Assembly: GCA_900547995.1 (NCBI GenBank)
Contig: URIY01000001.1
Span: 2,912-66,911, forward strand
DNA from: an uncultured Mycoplasmatota bacterium
GTDB lineage: Bacteria; Bacillota_I; Bacilli_A; RF39; UBA660
Direction: 5' to 3'
Length of the DNA stretch: 64,000 bases
Position 1 is the first letter of the stretch. The number at the start of each line of letters is the position of its first letter. Positions 41,501 through 52,276 of this stretch are shown in pieces. Under the pieces are notes generated by a model, which saw only the letters and a list, made by a program, of their open reading frames with translations, had not been told where the DNA came from and searched no databases. The position numbers were made by a program, and so were the translations under genes.

Positions 41501-43429
41501 CTATATATCTAAGTTTTCTACATATCCAGCATTTTCTTCAATAAATTTACGTCTTGGCTCTACTTCATCACCCATTAACGTTTCAAATACTTTATCTGCT
41601 GCTATACAATCATTTACAGTTATTTTTCTTAATACTCTTTTTTCAATGTCCATTGTTGTTTCATTAAGTTCCTCAGCATCCATTTCACCAAGTCCCTTCA
41701 TTCGGGCAATTTCAGCACGTTGTCTAACATTATCTGGAAGAGATTTTAAATATTCATCTCTTTCATCTTCTGTTAAAACATATTTTCTTGTTTTTCCATG
41801 CATTATTCTAAATAATGGTGGCTGTGCAGCATACACATGTCCTGCCTCTACTATTGGTTTAAAAAATCTGTAAAATAATGTTAATAATAATACACGAATA
41901 TGTGCCCCATCAACATCGGCATCGGTCATGATTATTATTTTATGATATCTTAACTTATTTAAATCAAAATCTTCACCTATACCTGTACCAAAAGCAGTTA
42001 TAATTGATCTAATTTCTTCATTTGATAATGCTTTATCAAGTCTTGCCTTTTCAACATTAAGAATCTTACCTCTAAGTGGTAAAATGGCTTGTGTCATTGA
42101 ATCTCTTCCTTTTTTAGCTGATCCACCTGCTGAATCTCCTTCGACTATAAATATTTCAGATATTGTAGGATCTTTACTTTTACAGTCAGATAATTTGCCA
42201 AAGAAATTAGTTGTAACTAAATCACTTTTTCTTGTTATCTCACGAGCTTTTTTAGCAGCATTTCTTGCACGAGATGCAAGTAAAGCCTTATTTATTATTA
42301 TTTTAGCATAATCAGGATTTTCCATTAAAAATCTTTCAAATCCCTCAGAAAAAACATTATCAGCAAGTTTTCTAACTTCTGAATTTCCCAAACGTCCTTT
42401 AGTTTGACCTTCAAACTGTGGATTAGGATGTTTACAAGAAATAATCATTGTTAATCCTTCTTTTACATCATCACCAGTAAGGGAATCATCTTTTTCTTTA
42501 AGTAATCCTGATTTTCTAGCATATGAATTAATAATTCTTGTTAATGCTCTTCTAACTCCTTCTTCATGAGTACCACCATCATGGGTATTTATATTATTTA
42601 CAAAAGAATAAATATTGTCATTATAACTTGAATTATATTGCATTGCAACCTCAAAGAAAACGCCATCTTCCTCACCTTGTAAATGTATAATTTGTTCATG
42701 TATTGGTGTTTTATTTTGATTAATGAATTTTACATATTCACTAATTCCACCTTCATAGTGAAAAGTTTCTCCTGTTGTATCCTCATCATCTCTATCATCA
42801 CGAATTGTTAAAGCAAGACCTTTATTTAAAAATGCAAGTTCTCTTATCCTTACCTTTAGAGTTTCATAATCATATATTGTCGTATCAAATATTTCAGGAT
42901 CTGGTTTAAAGGTAACGGTTGTTCCTGTTCTATTTATATCACAATCTCCAATTACAGTTAAATGTTGAGCGATTTTTCCACCATCAACAAATTTTGTTTC
43001 ATATATTTTACCATCTTTATAAACAGTAACGGTAACACTTGTTGATAAAGCATTTACAACACTAGCACCTACTCCATGAAGACCTCCGGATACTTTATAT
43101 CCTCCGCCTCCAAATTTTCCGCCGGCATGTAATACTGTGTATACTGTTTCAACAGTTGAAATACCTGTTTTAGCATGTAAACCAACAGGAATCCCACGTC
43201 CATTATCTTTTACAGTAATTGAATTATCTTTATTAATAATGACCTCAATAGCATTACAATATCCAGCCAATGCTTCATCTATAGCATTATCAACTATTTC
43301 CCATACCAAATGATGTAAACCTTTTACATCCGTAGTACCAATATACATACCTGGTCTTTTGCGAACTGCTTCTAAGCCTTCTAGGACTTGTATATCGGAA
43401 GCATCATAATGTTCTTTATTATTCTCCAT
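41501..43429 (-). CDS. gyrB: DNA gyrase subunit B
   Basis: 642 aa. GHKL ATPase motifs, Toprim ([10 protein letters not shown]), and the [12 protein letters not shown] motif. Confidence 0.95.
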   Translation of the reverse strand: MENNKEHYDASDIQVLEGLEAVRKRPGMYIGTTDVKGLHHLVWEIVDNAIDEALAGYCNAIEVIINKDNSITVKDNGRGIPVGLHAKTGISTVETVYTVLHAGGKFGGGGYKVSGGLHGVGASVVNALSTSVTVTVYKDGKIYETKFVDGGKIAQHLTVIGDCDINRTGTTVTFKPDPEIFDTTIYDYETLKVRIRELAFLNKGLALTIRDDRDDEDTTGETFHYEGGISEYVKFINQNKTPIHEQIIHLQGEEDGVFFEVAMQYNSSYNDNIYSFVNNINTHDGGTHEEGVRRALTRIINSYARKSGLLKEKDDSLTGDDVKEGLTMIISCKHPNPQFEGQTKGRLGNSEVRKLADNVFSEGFERFLMENPDYAKIIINKALLASRARNAAKKAREITRKSDLVTTNFFGKLSDCKSKDPTISEIFIVEGDSAGGSAKKGRDSMTQAILPLRGKILNVEKARLDKALSNEEIRSIITAFGTGIGEDFDLNKLRYHKIIIMTDADVDGAHIRVLLLTLFYRFFKPIVEAGHVYAAQPPLFRIMHGKTRKYVLTEDERDEYLKSLPDNVRQRAEIARMKGLGEMDAEELNETTMDIEKRVLRKITVNDCIAADKVFETLMGDEVEPRRKFIEENAGYVENLDI

Positions 43430-44531
43430 TTTGCACCTCTTCTATTTTTCCATCACAAATTTTAATTAATTTGGCTTTTTTTAATATATTTTCATTTATA
43501 TTTTTTAAATCAGTGGTAGTAATTATGACTTGAAAATCATCATCAATATATTTTAATAATAAATTTTTTTTAATATCATCTAATTCACTAAATACATCAT
43601 CCAAAAGTAATATTGGTTTTTCACCTTTAATATTTTTAAATAAACTTATTTCAGCAAGTTTATATGCAATGATTGACATTCTTTGTTGACCTTGTGATCC
43701 ATTTTCTTTTAAATTATTGTTATCAAGTATAAAATAATAGTCATCTTTATGTGGACCAATAACAGTAGTTCCTAACCTAACTTCATCATTATATCTTTTT
43801 TTAAACTCCTCTAGCATTGTCTTTTGGACATCATTACTATCTAAATTGACACTTGGCTTATAAATTAGTTTAAAATTTTTATACCCGCTTATTTCATAAT
43901 AAATATCACCTATTATTTTATTTAAATCCTCAAAATACTTTTTCCTTATTTCATATATTGAAACAGATCTTTGTATTAAATAATTTGTTAAAATAGAAAA
44001 ATAATTTAAATCAACATTTTCATTAAATTTGATTTTTTTTAAATAGTCATTACGCATTTTAAGTAATTTGTTATAATCATTAAGATAGATAATATAATTA
44101 TTATAAAGCTGAGATAATTCTACATTTAAATATCTTCTTCTCTCTTGTGGAGAACCTTTTATTAAATTTAAGTCTTCTGGATAGAAAATGATAATATTAG
44201 AATTAATAATATAATCATTTATTTTTTTTACACGATTATTGTTTAATTCTAATTTTTTTCCACTGTTATCAATAGATAATTTTTTTACATCATCAATTGG
44301 CTTATTTTCAAAAATACCTATCAAATTAGTAAATTCTTGATTATGTTTAATTAGATTACTATCAACATATAAACGATGTGATTTTGTAAGACATAGTACA
44401 AATATTCCTTCTAATATATTTGTTTTACCTTGAGCATTATTTCCATATATAATATTTATTTTTTTATTAAATTCAATTTCTAGATTATCATAATTTCGAA
44501 AATTAGTTAAATTTAATTTCTTAATTATCAT
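43419..44531 (-). CDS. recF: DNA replication and repair protein RecF
   Basis: 370 aa. Walker [13 protein letters not shown], signature and Walker B ([11 protein letters not shown]); overlaps the gyrB start by 11 nt. Confidence 0.85.
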   Translation of the reverse strand: MIIKKLNLTNFRNYDNLEIEFNKKINIIYGNNAQGKTNILEGIFVLCLTKSHRLYVDSNLIKHNQEFTNLIGIFENKPIDDVKKLSIDNSGKKLELNNNRVKKINDYIINSNIIIFYPEDLNLIKGSPQERRRYLNVELSQLYNNYIIYLNDYNKLLKMRNDYLKKIKFNENVDLNYFSILTNYLIQRSVSIYEIRKKYFEDLNKIIGDIYYEISGYKNFKLIYKPSVNLDSNDVQKTMLEEFKKRYNDEVRLGTTVIGPHKDDYYFILDNNNLKENGSQGQQRMSIIAYKLAEISLFKNIKGEKPILLLDDVFSELDDIKKNLLLKYIDDDFQVIITTTDLKNINENILKKAKLIKICDGKIEEVQNGE

Positions 44532-44637
44532 TAATTTTTATTTTTATGCCTCTATTTTGAATTTTAATGCTCATTGTATACCACCTCATACATATATATT
44601 ATATCATAAATTTGGCTTTTTTTATATAAAAAATAGG

Positions 44638-45090
44638 TTATTCACCTATTTTCCTTCTCCTTAATACAGAATCTAATCTGGTCGCTCTTAAAATTTGATT
44701 TTCGATACTTTCAAATGATATACATAATTCTAACTGATAACCATTTATAAATTCTAATGTTGTACATTTTCTTTCTCTTTTATAATCAGTCAAATTATTT
44801 AAAGATATCCAAGAACATTCTTTACCCCTTGGTGATGATGTTGGAAAGAAAATAATATTCTTTGTCTCTTCGATTATAATTGGTGATTTATAGTTTATAC
44901 CCATTAAATGTTTAGTTCCTTCAAATCGACCCATATAAGAACTTCCAAAAAATTTACAACTTTCATCAATTATTGACATTGCGGATTTTTCCACATAAAA
45001 TTCATCCTCTTTCTCAACAACTTTAGAAATTTTATTATTTATCCATATTATTGCACATGTTGATGAATTAATTTCATACGTCTTTTTCAT
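44638..45090 (-). CDS. comK: ComK-family competence transcription factor-like protein (probable start at MKKTYEI)
   Basis: ...IIDESCKFFGSSYMGRFEGTKHL...IIFFPTSSPRGKECSWISL...SFESIENQILRATRL... aligns with B. subtilis ComK (VDRSCRFFGSSYAGRKAGTYEV...IFLFPTLSSTRPQCGWIS...SFENQVYRTAWL). Confidence 0.6.
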   Translation of the reverse strand: MKKTYEINSSTCAIIWINNKISKVVEKEDEFYVEKSAMSIIDESCKFFGSSYMGRFEGTKHLMGINYKSPIIIEETKNIIFFPTSSPRGKECSWISLNNLTDYKRERKCTTLEFINGYQLELCISFESIENQILRATRLDSVLRRRKIGE

Positions 45091-45231
45091 TTTATTCCCC
45101 CTATTTATATCTTTCTCCAAAAAAAGAAATTATCCTTGTTATATCATACAAATTTGTCAAATTTTATCATTTTTTGTCGCAGATTTGACATTTTTGTCGT
45201 TTTTGACAAAAAATGTAGAAAAAAAGAACTT

Positions 45232-46353
45232 TTAATAAGTTCTTATTGGTAAAATCAATTCTGTTAAATCTTGATTATCATCACTTCTTAATATAATAGG
45301 TTTAATTTCTCCATTAAAACATAAAGTTACTTTATCACCATTAAATGCTTTAAGAGCATCCATCATATATCTAGAACTAAAAGCAATTTTAATATTTTCA
45401 TTATTATTTTTTAGTGCTGATATATTTTCTTCAACATTACCTATTTCTGGTATATTTGAAGAAATTTTAATTTTTTCATCTAATGTTTCTAAATTAATGG
45501 TATTTTTATCATCCTGATTAGTAAGTAAAGATGCTCTATCAAGTGCATTATACATTTCATATAGATTAATAGTTACCTCGAGGGCAAACTCATTAGGAAT
45601 TAATTTTGAAGTATCTGGATAACTTCCGCTTATTAAAGTGGTCATCATGATAATATTATTAAATTTAAAAATTACTTTATTATTAAATATATGCATTTCT
45701 ATTTTTTCTTCATCATCATTGAATAATTTAATTAATTCGTTTAAGTTTTTAGTTGGAATAATTATATTTATATTGTTTTCCACAATACAATCTAACTTTA
45801 CAACTTTCTTAGATAAACGATATGAATCTGTTGCAACACATTCAAGTGTATCACCTTCTATTTTAAAATTAATTCCTGTTAAAACTGGTCTTGATTCTTG
45901 TGTAGAAGATGCAAATGTAGTTTGACTAACAATATTCTTAAATATCTTTTTATCAAAAGTAATAGGATTTTTACTAATATCCAAATTTAAATCAGGGAAT
46001 TCATTTACACTATTACAATTTAAGTTAAATGAAGAATTATCTGTAAATATATATACTTTTGAATCCATTACTTCTTCTATATTTACAACCGTATTTGGCA
46101 ATTTTCTTATTATATCATATATATATCTACCAGATATAACAATTGAACCAGTTTGTTCTATCTCGACTATTTCATCTTTATTTATAAAAGTTTTAATAGC
46201 GATTTCATTGTCTGTACTCATTAAATACAAGCCTTCTTCTGTTAACTCAAATTTTATACAGTTAAGTATGGGTATTAAATTTTTAGTTGACACTCCTTTA
46301 ATAACATAATTTAAATGTTCCATTAATTTTTCTTGTTTAATTTTAAATTTCAT
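45232..46353 (-). CDS. dnaN: DNA polymerase III beta sliding clamp
   Basis: 373 aa; three-domain beta-clamp length and MKFKI...NL N-terminus; downstream of dnaA. Confidence 0.9.
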   Translation of the reverse strand: MKFKIKQEKLMEHLNYVIKGVSTKNLIPILNCIKFELTEEGLYLMSTDNEIAIKTFINKDEIVEIEQTGSIVISGRYIYDIIRKLPNTVVNIEEVMDSKVYIFTDNSSFNLNCNSVNEFPDLNLDISKNPITFDKKIFKNIVSQTTFASSTQESRPVLTGINFKIEGDTLECVATDSYRLSKKVVKLDCIVENNINIIIPTKNLNELIKLFNDDEEKIEMHIFNNKVIFKFNNIIMMTTLISGSYPDTSKLIPNEFALEVTINLYEMYNALDRASLLTNQDDKNTINLETLDEKIKISSNIPEIGNVEENISALKNNNENIKIAFSSRYMMDALKAFNGDKVTLCFNGEIKPIILRSDDNQDLTELILPIRTY

Positions 46354-46392
46354 ATCTATTCTCCTTTTATATATAAGTATTATTATTATTAG

Positions 46393-46492
46393 TGTGGATA
46401 TGGTGGATAACTTTACAAATCCTTTAATTTTAAGGTATAAAACAAGTGTAAATTATTCATCATTTCCTGTGGATTTTCTTAGTTTTTCCACT
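46393..46492. other. oriC, dnaA-dnaN intergenic part: DnaA-box cluster
   Basis: DnaA-box-like 9-mers: TGTGGATAT (46393..46401), GGTGGATAA (46402..46410), TGTGGATTT (46468..46476), TTTTCCACT (46484..46492). Confidence 0.5.
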
Positions 46493-47845
46493 TTACTTTA
46501 ATTGACTTTCAATTTTTTTAATTATAAGTTCAAGGTTACTATCTTTTTTTATAGCTTTTTTAATTTTATCCACCGAGTGCATAACAGTCGTATGATCTTT
46601 TCCACCAAATTCCATTCCTATTTTGGGAAACGATTCTTCACAGACAACTCTACATATATACATAGCCACTTGTCTTGGAACAGCGATGTTAGCATTTCTT
46701 TTCTTACTTTTTAAGTCATCTATGGTAATGTTATATGTGTCGGCAACAAGTTGTTGTACTAAATCAATTTTATTTTTTGATATTATTGTTTTAGCGAAAT
46801 AATCTTTTAAAGCCTCTATGGCAAGTTCAATTGTTATACTAGAACCATTCATCATTGTGGAAAAAGCGGCTACCCTAGTAATTGCACCTTCAAGTTTTCT
46901 TATATCACTTGTACAATTACTCGCTATATACTCTTTAACTTCAATTGGGAAGTATTTAACCATATCATTGCCTTCAATTTTTTTATCAATAATATGCATT
47001 CTAAGTTCAAAATCCGGTGGAAATACGTTTGTAGTAAGTCCCCAACTAAATCTAGTCTGAAGTCTTTCCTCAAGGGCTTTTAAGTCATCGGGTGATCTAT
47101 CTGATGTAATAATAATTTGTTTATTATTCCCATATAATTCATTAAAGGTATTAAAAAATTCTTGTTGGGCTTTATTAGCAATTTGCAAATATTGTATATC
47201 ATCTATCATTAAGACATCAATATCTCTATATTTAGTTTTAAAATATTTTACATCATTAATGTTATCATTATCTTTATTCTTTCTATATAAATCAATAAAA
47301 TCATTAACAAATTGCTCACTTGTTACATATAAAACTCTTTTTTTTGAGTTTTTAACAATATAGTTTCCAATAGCGTGCATCAAATGTGTTTTTCCTAGCC
47401 CACTTTTTCCATATATAAATAAAGGATTATACATTATACCTGGTTTTTCAGCAACAGCTAGTGCTACTGTTCGTGCAAATTTATTACTCTCCCCTACTAT
47501 AAAATTTTCAAAAGTATATTGTGGTTTTAAATTGTTTTCCACCATATTAATTGATGGAACACCTATTTCTTCATCATTTACTTGAACATTCTTTTCAATT
47601 TCATCATCCGTATAATACTCAAATTGAAAATTGGAGCCTGTAACAAGAGCAAATGTTTCCACGATAAGTTCATTATAGTTTTCTTTCAAATGCTTTTTAT
47701 GAATATGCATAGGAACAATTACCTTGGCTGTTTCATTATTTAATTCTGCAAGTTTTGTTTCCATAAACCATGTTTCATATAGCATTGGTGAAATTTCTTC
47801 TTTTATCTTATCCAAAAAGGTTTTCCATATATTTTCTAAGTCCAT
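46493..47845 (-). CDS. dnaA: chromosomal replication initiator protein DnaA (start at MDLENIW with GGGTGAGG RBS; the track ORF starts at an upstream GTG)
   Basis: AAA+ Walker A GKSGLGKTHL, Walker B, C-terminal DNA-binding domain (...HTTVMHSVDKI...). Confidence 0.95.
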   Translation of the reverse strand: MDLENIWKTFLDKIKEEISPMLYETWFMETKLAELNNETAKVIVPMHIHKKHLKENYNELIVETFALVTGSNFQFEYYTDDEIEKNVQVNDEEIGVPSINMVENNLKPQYTFENFIVGESNKFARTVALAVAEKPGIMYNPLFIYGKSGLGKTHLMHAIGNYIVKNSKKRVLYVTSEQFVNDFIDLYRKNKDNDNINDVKYFKTKYRDIDVLMIDDIQYLQIANKAQQEFFNTFNELYGNNKQIIITSDRSPDDLKALEERLQTRFSWGLTTNVFPPDFELRMHIIDKKIEGNDMVKYFPIEVKEYIASNCTSDIRKLEGAITRVAAFSTMMNGSSITIELAIEALKDYFAKTIISKNKIDLVQQLVADTYNITIDDLKSKKRNANIAVPRQVAMYICRVVCEESFPKIGMEFGGKDHTTVMHSVDKIKKAIKKDSNLELIIKKIESQLK

Positions 47846-47931
47846 AACCTCACCCACTACATCAATCTATCCCCATTGTACCTTATTTTTACACAAAAAA
47901 CAAACAAAATGTGACAAAATCACAAAAAAAC

Positions 47932-48154
47932 TGTGGAAAATTATTTCCCAGGCAATAATAAATTAACTAAATCACAGCATATTCACATATTTTTCCACAA
48001 GGTAAAGTCTTTAAAAATAAAGAAAAAAGCTAATAATTAACATTAACTGTGGAAAAAATATTAACTATGTGAATTGAAATATATAAAGTTTTCCACAAAT
48101 TATGTGAATTTAAAATAAAACCTTTAATTTTTAACAAAAAAAGTATGTGGAAAA
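47932..48154. other. oriC, dnaA-rpmH part: five regularly spaced DnaA boxes (TTTTCCACA type)
   Basis: TGTGGAAAA at 47932..47940, 48048..48056 and 48146..48154; TTTTCCACA at 47991..47999 and 48089..48097. Orientation alternates with ~45-60 bp spacing. AT-rich region follows. Confidence 0.7.
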
Positions 48155-48195
48155 CTATTTTATCAAAAAAATTATATAACTTTCAAAAAATGTTT

Positions 48196-48229
48196 GACAA
48201 TTTAGAAGAATATATTATATAATTAAGCC
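48196..48229 (+). promoter_or_regulatory. candidate sigma-A promoter of rpmH
   Basis: TTGACA (48196..48201), 17-18 nt spacer, TATAAT-like box (TATAAT at ~48220..48225); AGGAGG RBS follows before the rpmH ATG. Confidence 0.4.
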
Positions 48230-48267
48230 AATGGCAATTTTTGACTAGTACAGGAGGTGTTATAACT

Positions 48268-48390
48268 ATGAAGAGAACATATCAACCAAATAATAGAAAA
48301 AAAGCAAAAAAAATGGGTTTCTTTGCTAGAATGCAAACTAAAATAATAAATAGTCGTCGTCGCAAAGGACGTAAAGTATTATCTCATTAA
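48268..48390 (+). CDS. rpmH: 50S ribosomal protein L34
   Basis: Manual translation [40 protein letters not shown] (40 aa), canonical L34. Not in the ORF track because it is short. Confidence 0.9.
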   Translation: MKRTYQPNNRKKAKKMGFFARMQTKIINSRRRKGRKVLSH

Positions 48391-48400
48391 TTATTTTAAT

Positions 48401-48427
48401 AACGCCACCTAAGAGTGGCGTTTTAAC
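48401..48427 (+). terminator. rho-independent terminator after rpmH
   Basis: AACGCCAC-CTAAGA-GTGGCGTT hairpin followed by TTTTAACTTT. Confidence 0.6.
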
Positions 48428-48443
48428 TTTATGGAGTGATATT

Positions 48444-48779
48444 ATGAAAAAAATTAATATAATAAAGAAAAATGAAGATTATAATAGAATAATTAAAAAT
48501 TGTAAGTCATATAAATATAAAGATTATGTTGCATACATAGAGTGGGTGGATAGTTCAATTTATCATTTTGGATTTTCTGTTGGTAAAAAAATAGGGAATG
48601 CTGTTACAAGAAATAGGATAAAGAGACAGTTAAAATCTATTTTAGATAAAATAACCTTTAAAAATAACTTTAATTGTATTATAATTGTAAGGAAAGGTAT
48701 TTTAGATAAAACTTTTCAACAAATGCAAGATGAATTAAATGAACTTGTGGAATTAATAAAAATAAAAAAGGAGAACTAA
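48444..48779 (+). CDS. rnpA: ribonuclease P protein component
   Basis: 111 aa basic protein, RnpA-like (...FGFSVGKKIGNAVTRNRIKRQLK...); canonical rpmH-rnpA order. Confidence 0.8.
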   Translation: MKKINIIKKNEDYNRIIKNCKSYKYKDYVAYIEWVDSSIYHFGFSVGKKIGNAVTRNRIKRQLKSILDKITFKNNFNCIIIVRKGILDKTFQQMQDELNELVELIKIKKEN

Positions 48780-48781
48780 AG

Positions 48782-49711
48782 ATGAAGAAAAAAATAATGA
48801 GAATATTTTTAACAGTTGCATTAGTATTTACTTTAACTGGATGTACTAAAACATTAAAAGATTCTAATAATAAAATTGTTAAAAATGAAATAACTGGTCA
48901 GAGCCTGCCATCAAATATACTATGTCAAGCAGAGGATGAAAATACAGTTAAACTTTATGAAGCCAATGGTATTGAAATGAAGAAATTACCAAAATGTACT
49001 GATTTCAAAATAACGAGTGGGGGATATGAAGGAATTTGGACTACTATATTTGTAAAACCACTTGCTTGGGTAATTTTAAAATTAGGAGCACTTGTTAAAA
49101 ATTATGGATTATCTATTATTATAATTACTATACTAATTAGATTAATAATGTATCCTATAACTAAAAAGAGTGCTATGCAATCAGAAAATTTAAAGAAAGC
49201 CCAAAATGATTTACAAAAACTTGAAAAGAAATATGCTGGAAAGCAAGATCAAGAAAGTATGATGCAAAAAAGTCAAGAAATGATGTTAATATATAAAAAA
49301 TATAATATTAATCCAATGTCTGGTTGTATCTTTGCTTTAATTCAAATACCGTTATTCTTTGCCTTCTATGAAGCAATGAATAGATTACCAGCCATATTTG
49401 AGGGTAAATTTCTTGGATTCCATTTAGGAACAACACCAATAAATGCTATGCAATCAGGAAATTTCTTTTATATCATATTTATAGTATTAGTCGTTTTAAC
49501 AACATATTTCTCATTTAAATTGAATAGTGGAGCAACACCAAGTCCTGAACAAGAAAAGCAAATGAAAATGATGTCCAAAATTATGGTTATAATGATTGGT
49601 ATAACATCAATTACTATGCCAGTTGCTATTGAGGTATATTGGATTTTCAATAGTGGATTTACCATTATTCAAAACTTACTTGTAAAGAGGAAAAAAGCCA
49701 ATGTTAAATAA
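48782..49711 (+). CDS. yidC: membrane protein insertase YidC/SpoIIIJ (lipoprotein type)
   Basis: 309 aa. Lipobox LTGCTK, 60-kDa inner-membrane protein conserved TM core (...YGLSIIIITILIRLIMYPIT...). Confidence 0.8.
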   Translation: MKKKIMRIFLTVALVFTLTGCTKTLKDSNNKIVKNEITGQSLPSNILCQAEDENTVKLYEANGIEMKKLPKCTDFKITSGGYEGIWTTIFVKPLAWVILKLGALVKNYGLSIIIITILIRLIMYPITKKSAMQSENLKKAQNDLQKLEKKYAGKQDQESMMQKSQEMMLIYKKYNINPMSGCIFALIQIPLFFAFYEAMNRLPAIFEGKFLGFHLGTTPINAMQSGNFFYIIFIVLVVLTTYFSFKLNSGATPSPEQEKQMKMMSKIMVIMIGITSITMPVAIEVYWIFNSGFTIIQNLLVKRKKANVK

Positions 49712-50321
49712 GTATATATATGAAGATAAAACAATAGAAAAAGCATTAGAAAAATGTTTAAATGATTTAAATGTTAACAAAGATGATATTTATTATAAAG
49801 AAGAAATTCAAAAGGGAAGTTTATTGAAAGCAAGTAAGGCAATAATAGAAGTTATAAAAAAAGATGATATAAAAATATTAATTAATAATTTTATTAAAGA
49901 AATAGGAAAATATATTAATTTAACTATTAAAACAGATATATATTTTACAGATGAAAATATTAAAGTAATATTAGATTCTGAAAATAATGCTGTACTTATT
50001 GGAAAAAATGGTAAGATGTTAAATTCAATTCAAACTTTATTAAAAAAACATATAGAAAATGAAACAAGCATGAATTTGAAAGTTTATATTGATATAGAAA
50101 ATTATAAACAAAAGAAAATAGAAAATTTAGAAAAAAATGTTAGAAAAATTATTAATGAAGTATTACTAACAAAAATAGATGCAAAATTAGATGAAATGAA
50201 TTCATATGAAAGAAGAATTGTTCATAATATTGTAAGTGAATATGACTTTATCATATCAGAAAGTTTTGGAGAAACTCCTCATCGATATGTTGTTATAAAA
50301 TATGTAGAAGGTAAGGAATAA
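49701..50321 (+). CDS. khpB: Jag/KhpB RNA-binding protein (KH + R3H domains)
   Basis: 206 aa. R3H region near C-terminus (...NSYERRIVHNIVSEYDFIISESFGE...); canonical position after yidC. Confidence 0.7.
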   Translation: MLNKYIYEDKTIEKALEKCLNDLNVNKDDIYYKEEIQKGSLLKASKAIIEVIKKDDIKILINNFIKEIGKYINLTIKTDIYFTDENIKVILDSENNAVLIGKNGKMLNSIQTLLKKHIENETSMNLKVYIDIENYKQKKIENLEKNVRKIINEVLLTKIDAKLDEMNSYERRIVHNIVSEYDFIISESFGETPHRYVVIKYVEGKE

Positions 50322-50345
50322 AACTTACCTTTTAATTTAGGAGGA

Positions 50346-50849
50346 ATGTATATGGATATAAATGATGATTATTATTTAATTGTTAAAGATATTTTAAATT
50401 CAGATGAATTTATAAAAAGAAAAAAATATAGACATCATGGTGATATAAGTGTATATGAACACTCTCTAAAAGTATCAAGGTTATCTTATGAGATTGCCAA
50501 AAAAATAAATTTGGCATTAAAACGACAAGTATTTAATGAGTATGATATGGCTATTGGAGCCCTTTTACATGATTTTTACTATAAACCATATACAGAAGAT
50601 CATACTAAAAAGCCTTTCTTTAAGCAACATGGCTTTGTTCATGCAAGAGAAGCACTAGATAATTCTAGAAAATTTTTTCCACAGTACATGAATAAGAAAG
50701 TAGAAAATATTATTTTAAGACATATGTTTCCTTTAAATATTGTTCCACCTAAATATTTAGAAAGTTGGTTAATAACGCTTACTGATAAGTATGTTTCTTT
50801 AGAGGTAGTTCCATATTTATTAAAAAAATTAGTAAGGAGTTTTAGTTAA
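50346..50849 (+). CDS. HD-domain phosphohydrolase-like protein
   Basis: 167 aa. H...HSLKV...LLHDFYY... HD motif pattern. Confidence 0.5.
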   Translation: MYMDINDDYYLIVKDILNSDEFIKRKKYRHHGDISVYEHSLKVSRLSYEIAKKINLALKRQVFNEYDMAIGALLHDFYYKPYTEDHTKKPFFKQHGFVHAREALDNSRKFFPQYMNKKVENIILRHMFPLNIVPPKYLESWLITLTDKYVSLEVVPYLLKKLVRSFS

Positions 50850-52201
50850 TGGAAGATACTATAGTAGCAATTGCCACATCTTCAGGTGTTGGAGCCATTT
50901 CAATAATTAGAATAAGTGGTGAAAAGGCTATTGAAATAGCCAATAAAGTATGTGATATTAATCTTTTAAACAAAAATACACATACAATAAATTATGGTCA
51001 TATTATTGATAAAAATAATATGATTGATGAAGTTTTAATAACAGTTATGCATGCACCAAAAACATTTACTAAAGAAAATGTTGTGGAAATTAATTGTCAT
51101 GGCGGAATAGCTGTTACCAATAAAGTGTTAAAAATTTTGTTACAAAATGGATGTAGACTAGCAGAGCCAGGTGAGTTTACTAAAAGAGCATACCTAAATG
51201 GAAGAATTGATTTATTAGAGGCTGAAGGTATTATGGATATGATAAATGCTAAAAGTGAAAATGCTCGTAAACTAGCCATGAATACATTAAACGGTAACTT
51301 GTCAAAAAAAGTAAAGGAATTACGTGAACCACTTCTAAATATTGAAGCAAATATTAATGTAAATATAGATTATCCAGAATATGAAGATATTGAAGAAATG
51401 ACAAATGAAATAATATTACCAAGAATTGATAAAATAGAAACAGAAATAAACAAATTAATAAAAGAAAGCGAAAATGGCCAAATCATAAAGGAAGGAATTA
51501 AAACTGTTATAATTGGTAAACCGAATGTCGGGAAAAGTAGTCTATTAAATAGTCTATTAGAAGAAGAAAAAGCCATTGTTACAGATATACCAGGAACAAC
51601 GAGAGATATCGTTGAAGGTGTAATTAATTTAGATGGAATTCTTTTAAATATTATCGATACAGCAGGTATTAGAAAAACCAATGATGTTGTTGAAAGCATA
51701 GGTGTACAAAAAAGTTTACAATACATTGATAAGGCTGATCTGGTTTTATACCTAATTAATAACAATGAAGAGATAACAAAAGAAAATTTAGATATTTTAG
51801 AAAAAATAAAAGCAAAAAAGTATTTGTTAATTATTAATAAAATAGATTTAGAATCTAAAATAGATTATAATTTATTGAAAGATGAAAAAATAATTAAAAT
51901 GAGTATTTTAAATAATAACGGATTAAATGAATTAAAAGAAGAAATAAGAAATATGTATGATTTTGATAAAATAGAACAAGGTGATTATACATATATATCA
52001 AATGCTTCTGATGTAGCCACTTTAAATAATTGTTTAGATAAAATAAATGATATTAAAACGGGTATTTTAAATAATTATCCAATTGATATTGTTGAAATTG
52101 ATATTAAAGCATTATGGGATATGCTTGGTACAATTACAGGTGATACATATAAAGATGAATTAATTGACGCATTATTTAGTAAATTTTGTTTAGGAAAATA
52201 G
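50849..52201 (+). CDS. mnmE: tRNA modification GTPase MnmE
   Basis: 450 aa. G-domain GKPNVGKSSLLN, DTAGIR, C-terminal CxGK (CLGK). Confidence 0.9.
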   Translation: MEDTIVAIATSSGVGAISIIRISGEKAIEIANKVCDINLLNKNTHTINYGHIIDKNNMIDEVLITVMHAPKTFTKENVVEINCHGGIAVTNKVLKILLQNGCRLAEPGEFTKRAYLNGRIDLLEAEGIMDMINAKSENARKLAMNTLNGNLSKKVKELREPLLNIEANINVNIDYPEYEDIEEMTNEIILPRIDKIETEINKLIKESENGQIIKEGIKTVIIGKPNVGKSSLLNSLLEEEKAIVTDIPGTTRDIVEGVINLDGILLNIIDTAGIRKTNDVVESIGVQKSLQYIDKADLVLYLINNNEEITKENLDILEKIKAKKYLLIINKIDLESKIDYNLLKDEKIIKMSILNNNGLNELKEEIRNMYDFDKIEQGDYTYISNASDVATLNNCLDKINDIKTGILNNYPIDIVEIDIKALWDMLGTITGDTYKDELIDALFSKFCLGK

Positions 52202-52276
52202 GAGATTTTATTCTCCTTTTATTGTATTATTAAATAATAGATAGTATAATAAAAAAGTCAAAAGAAGGTGTAATTT

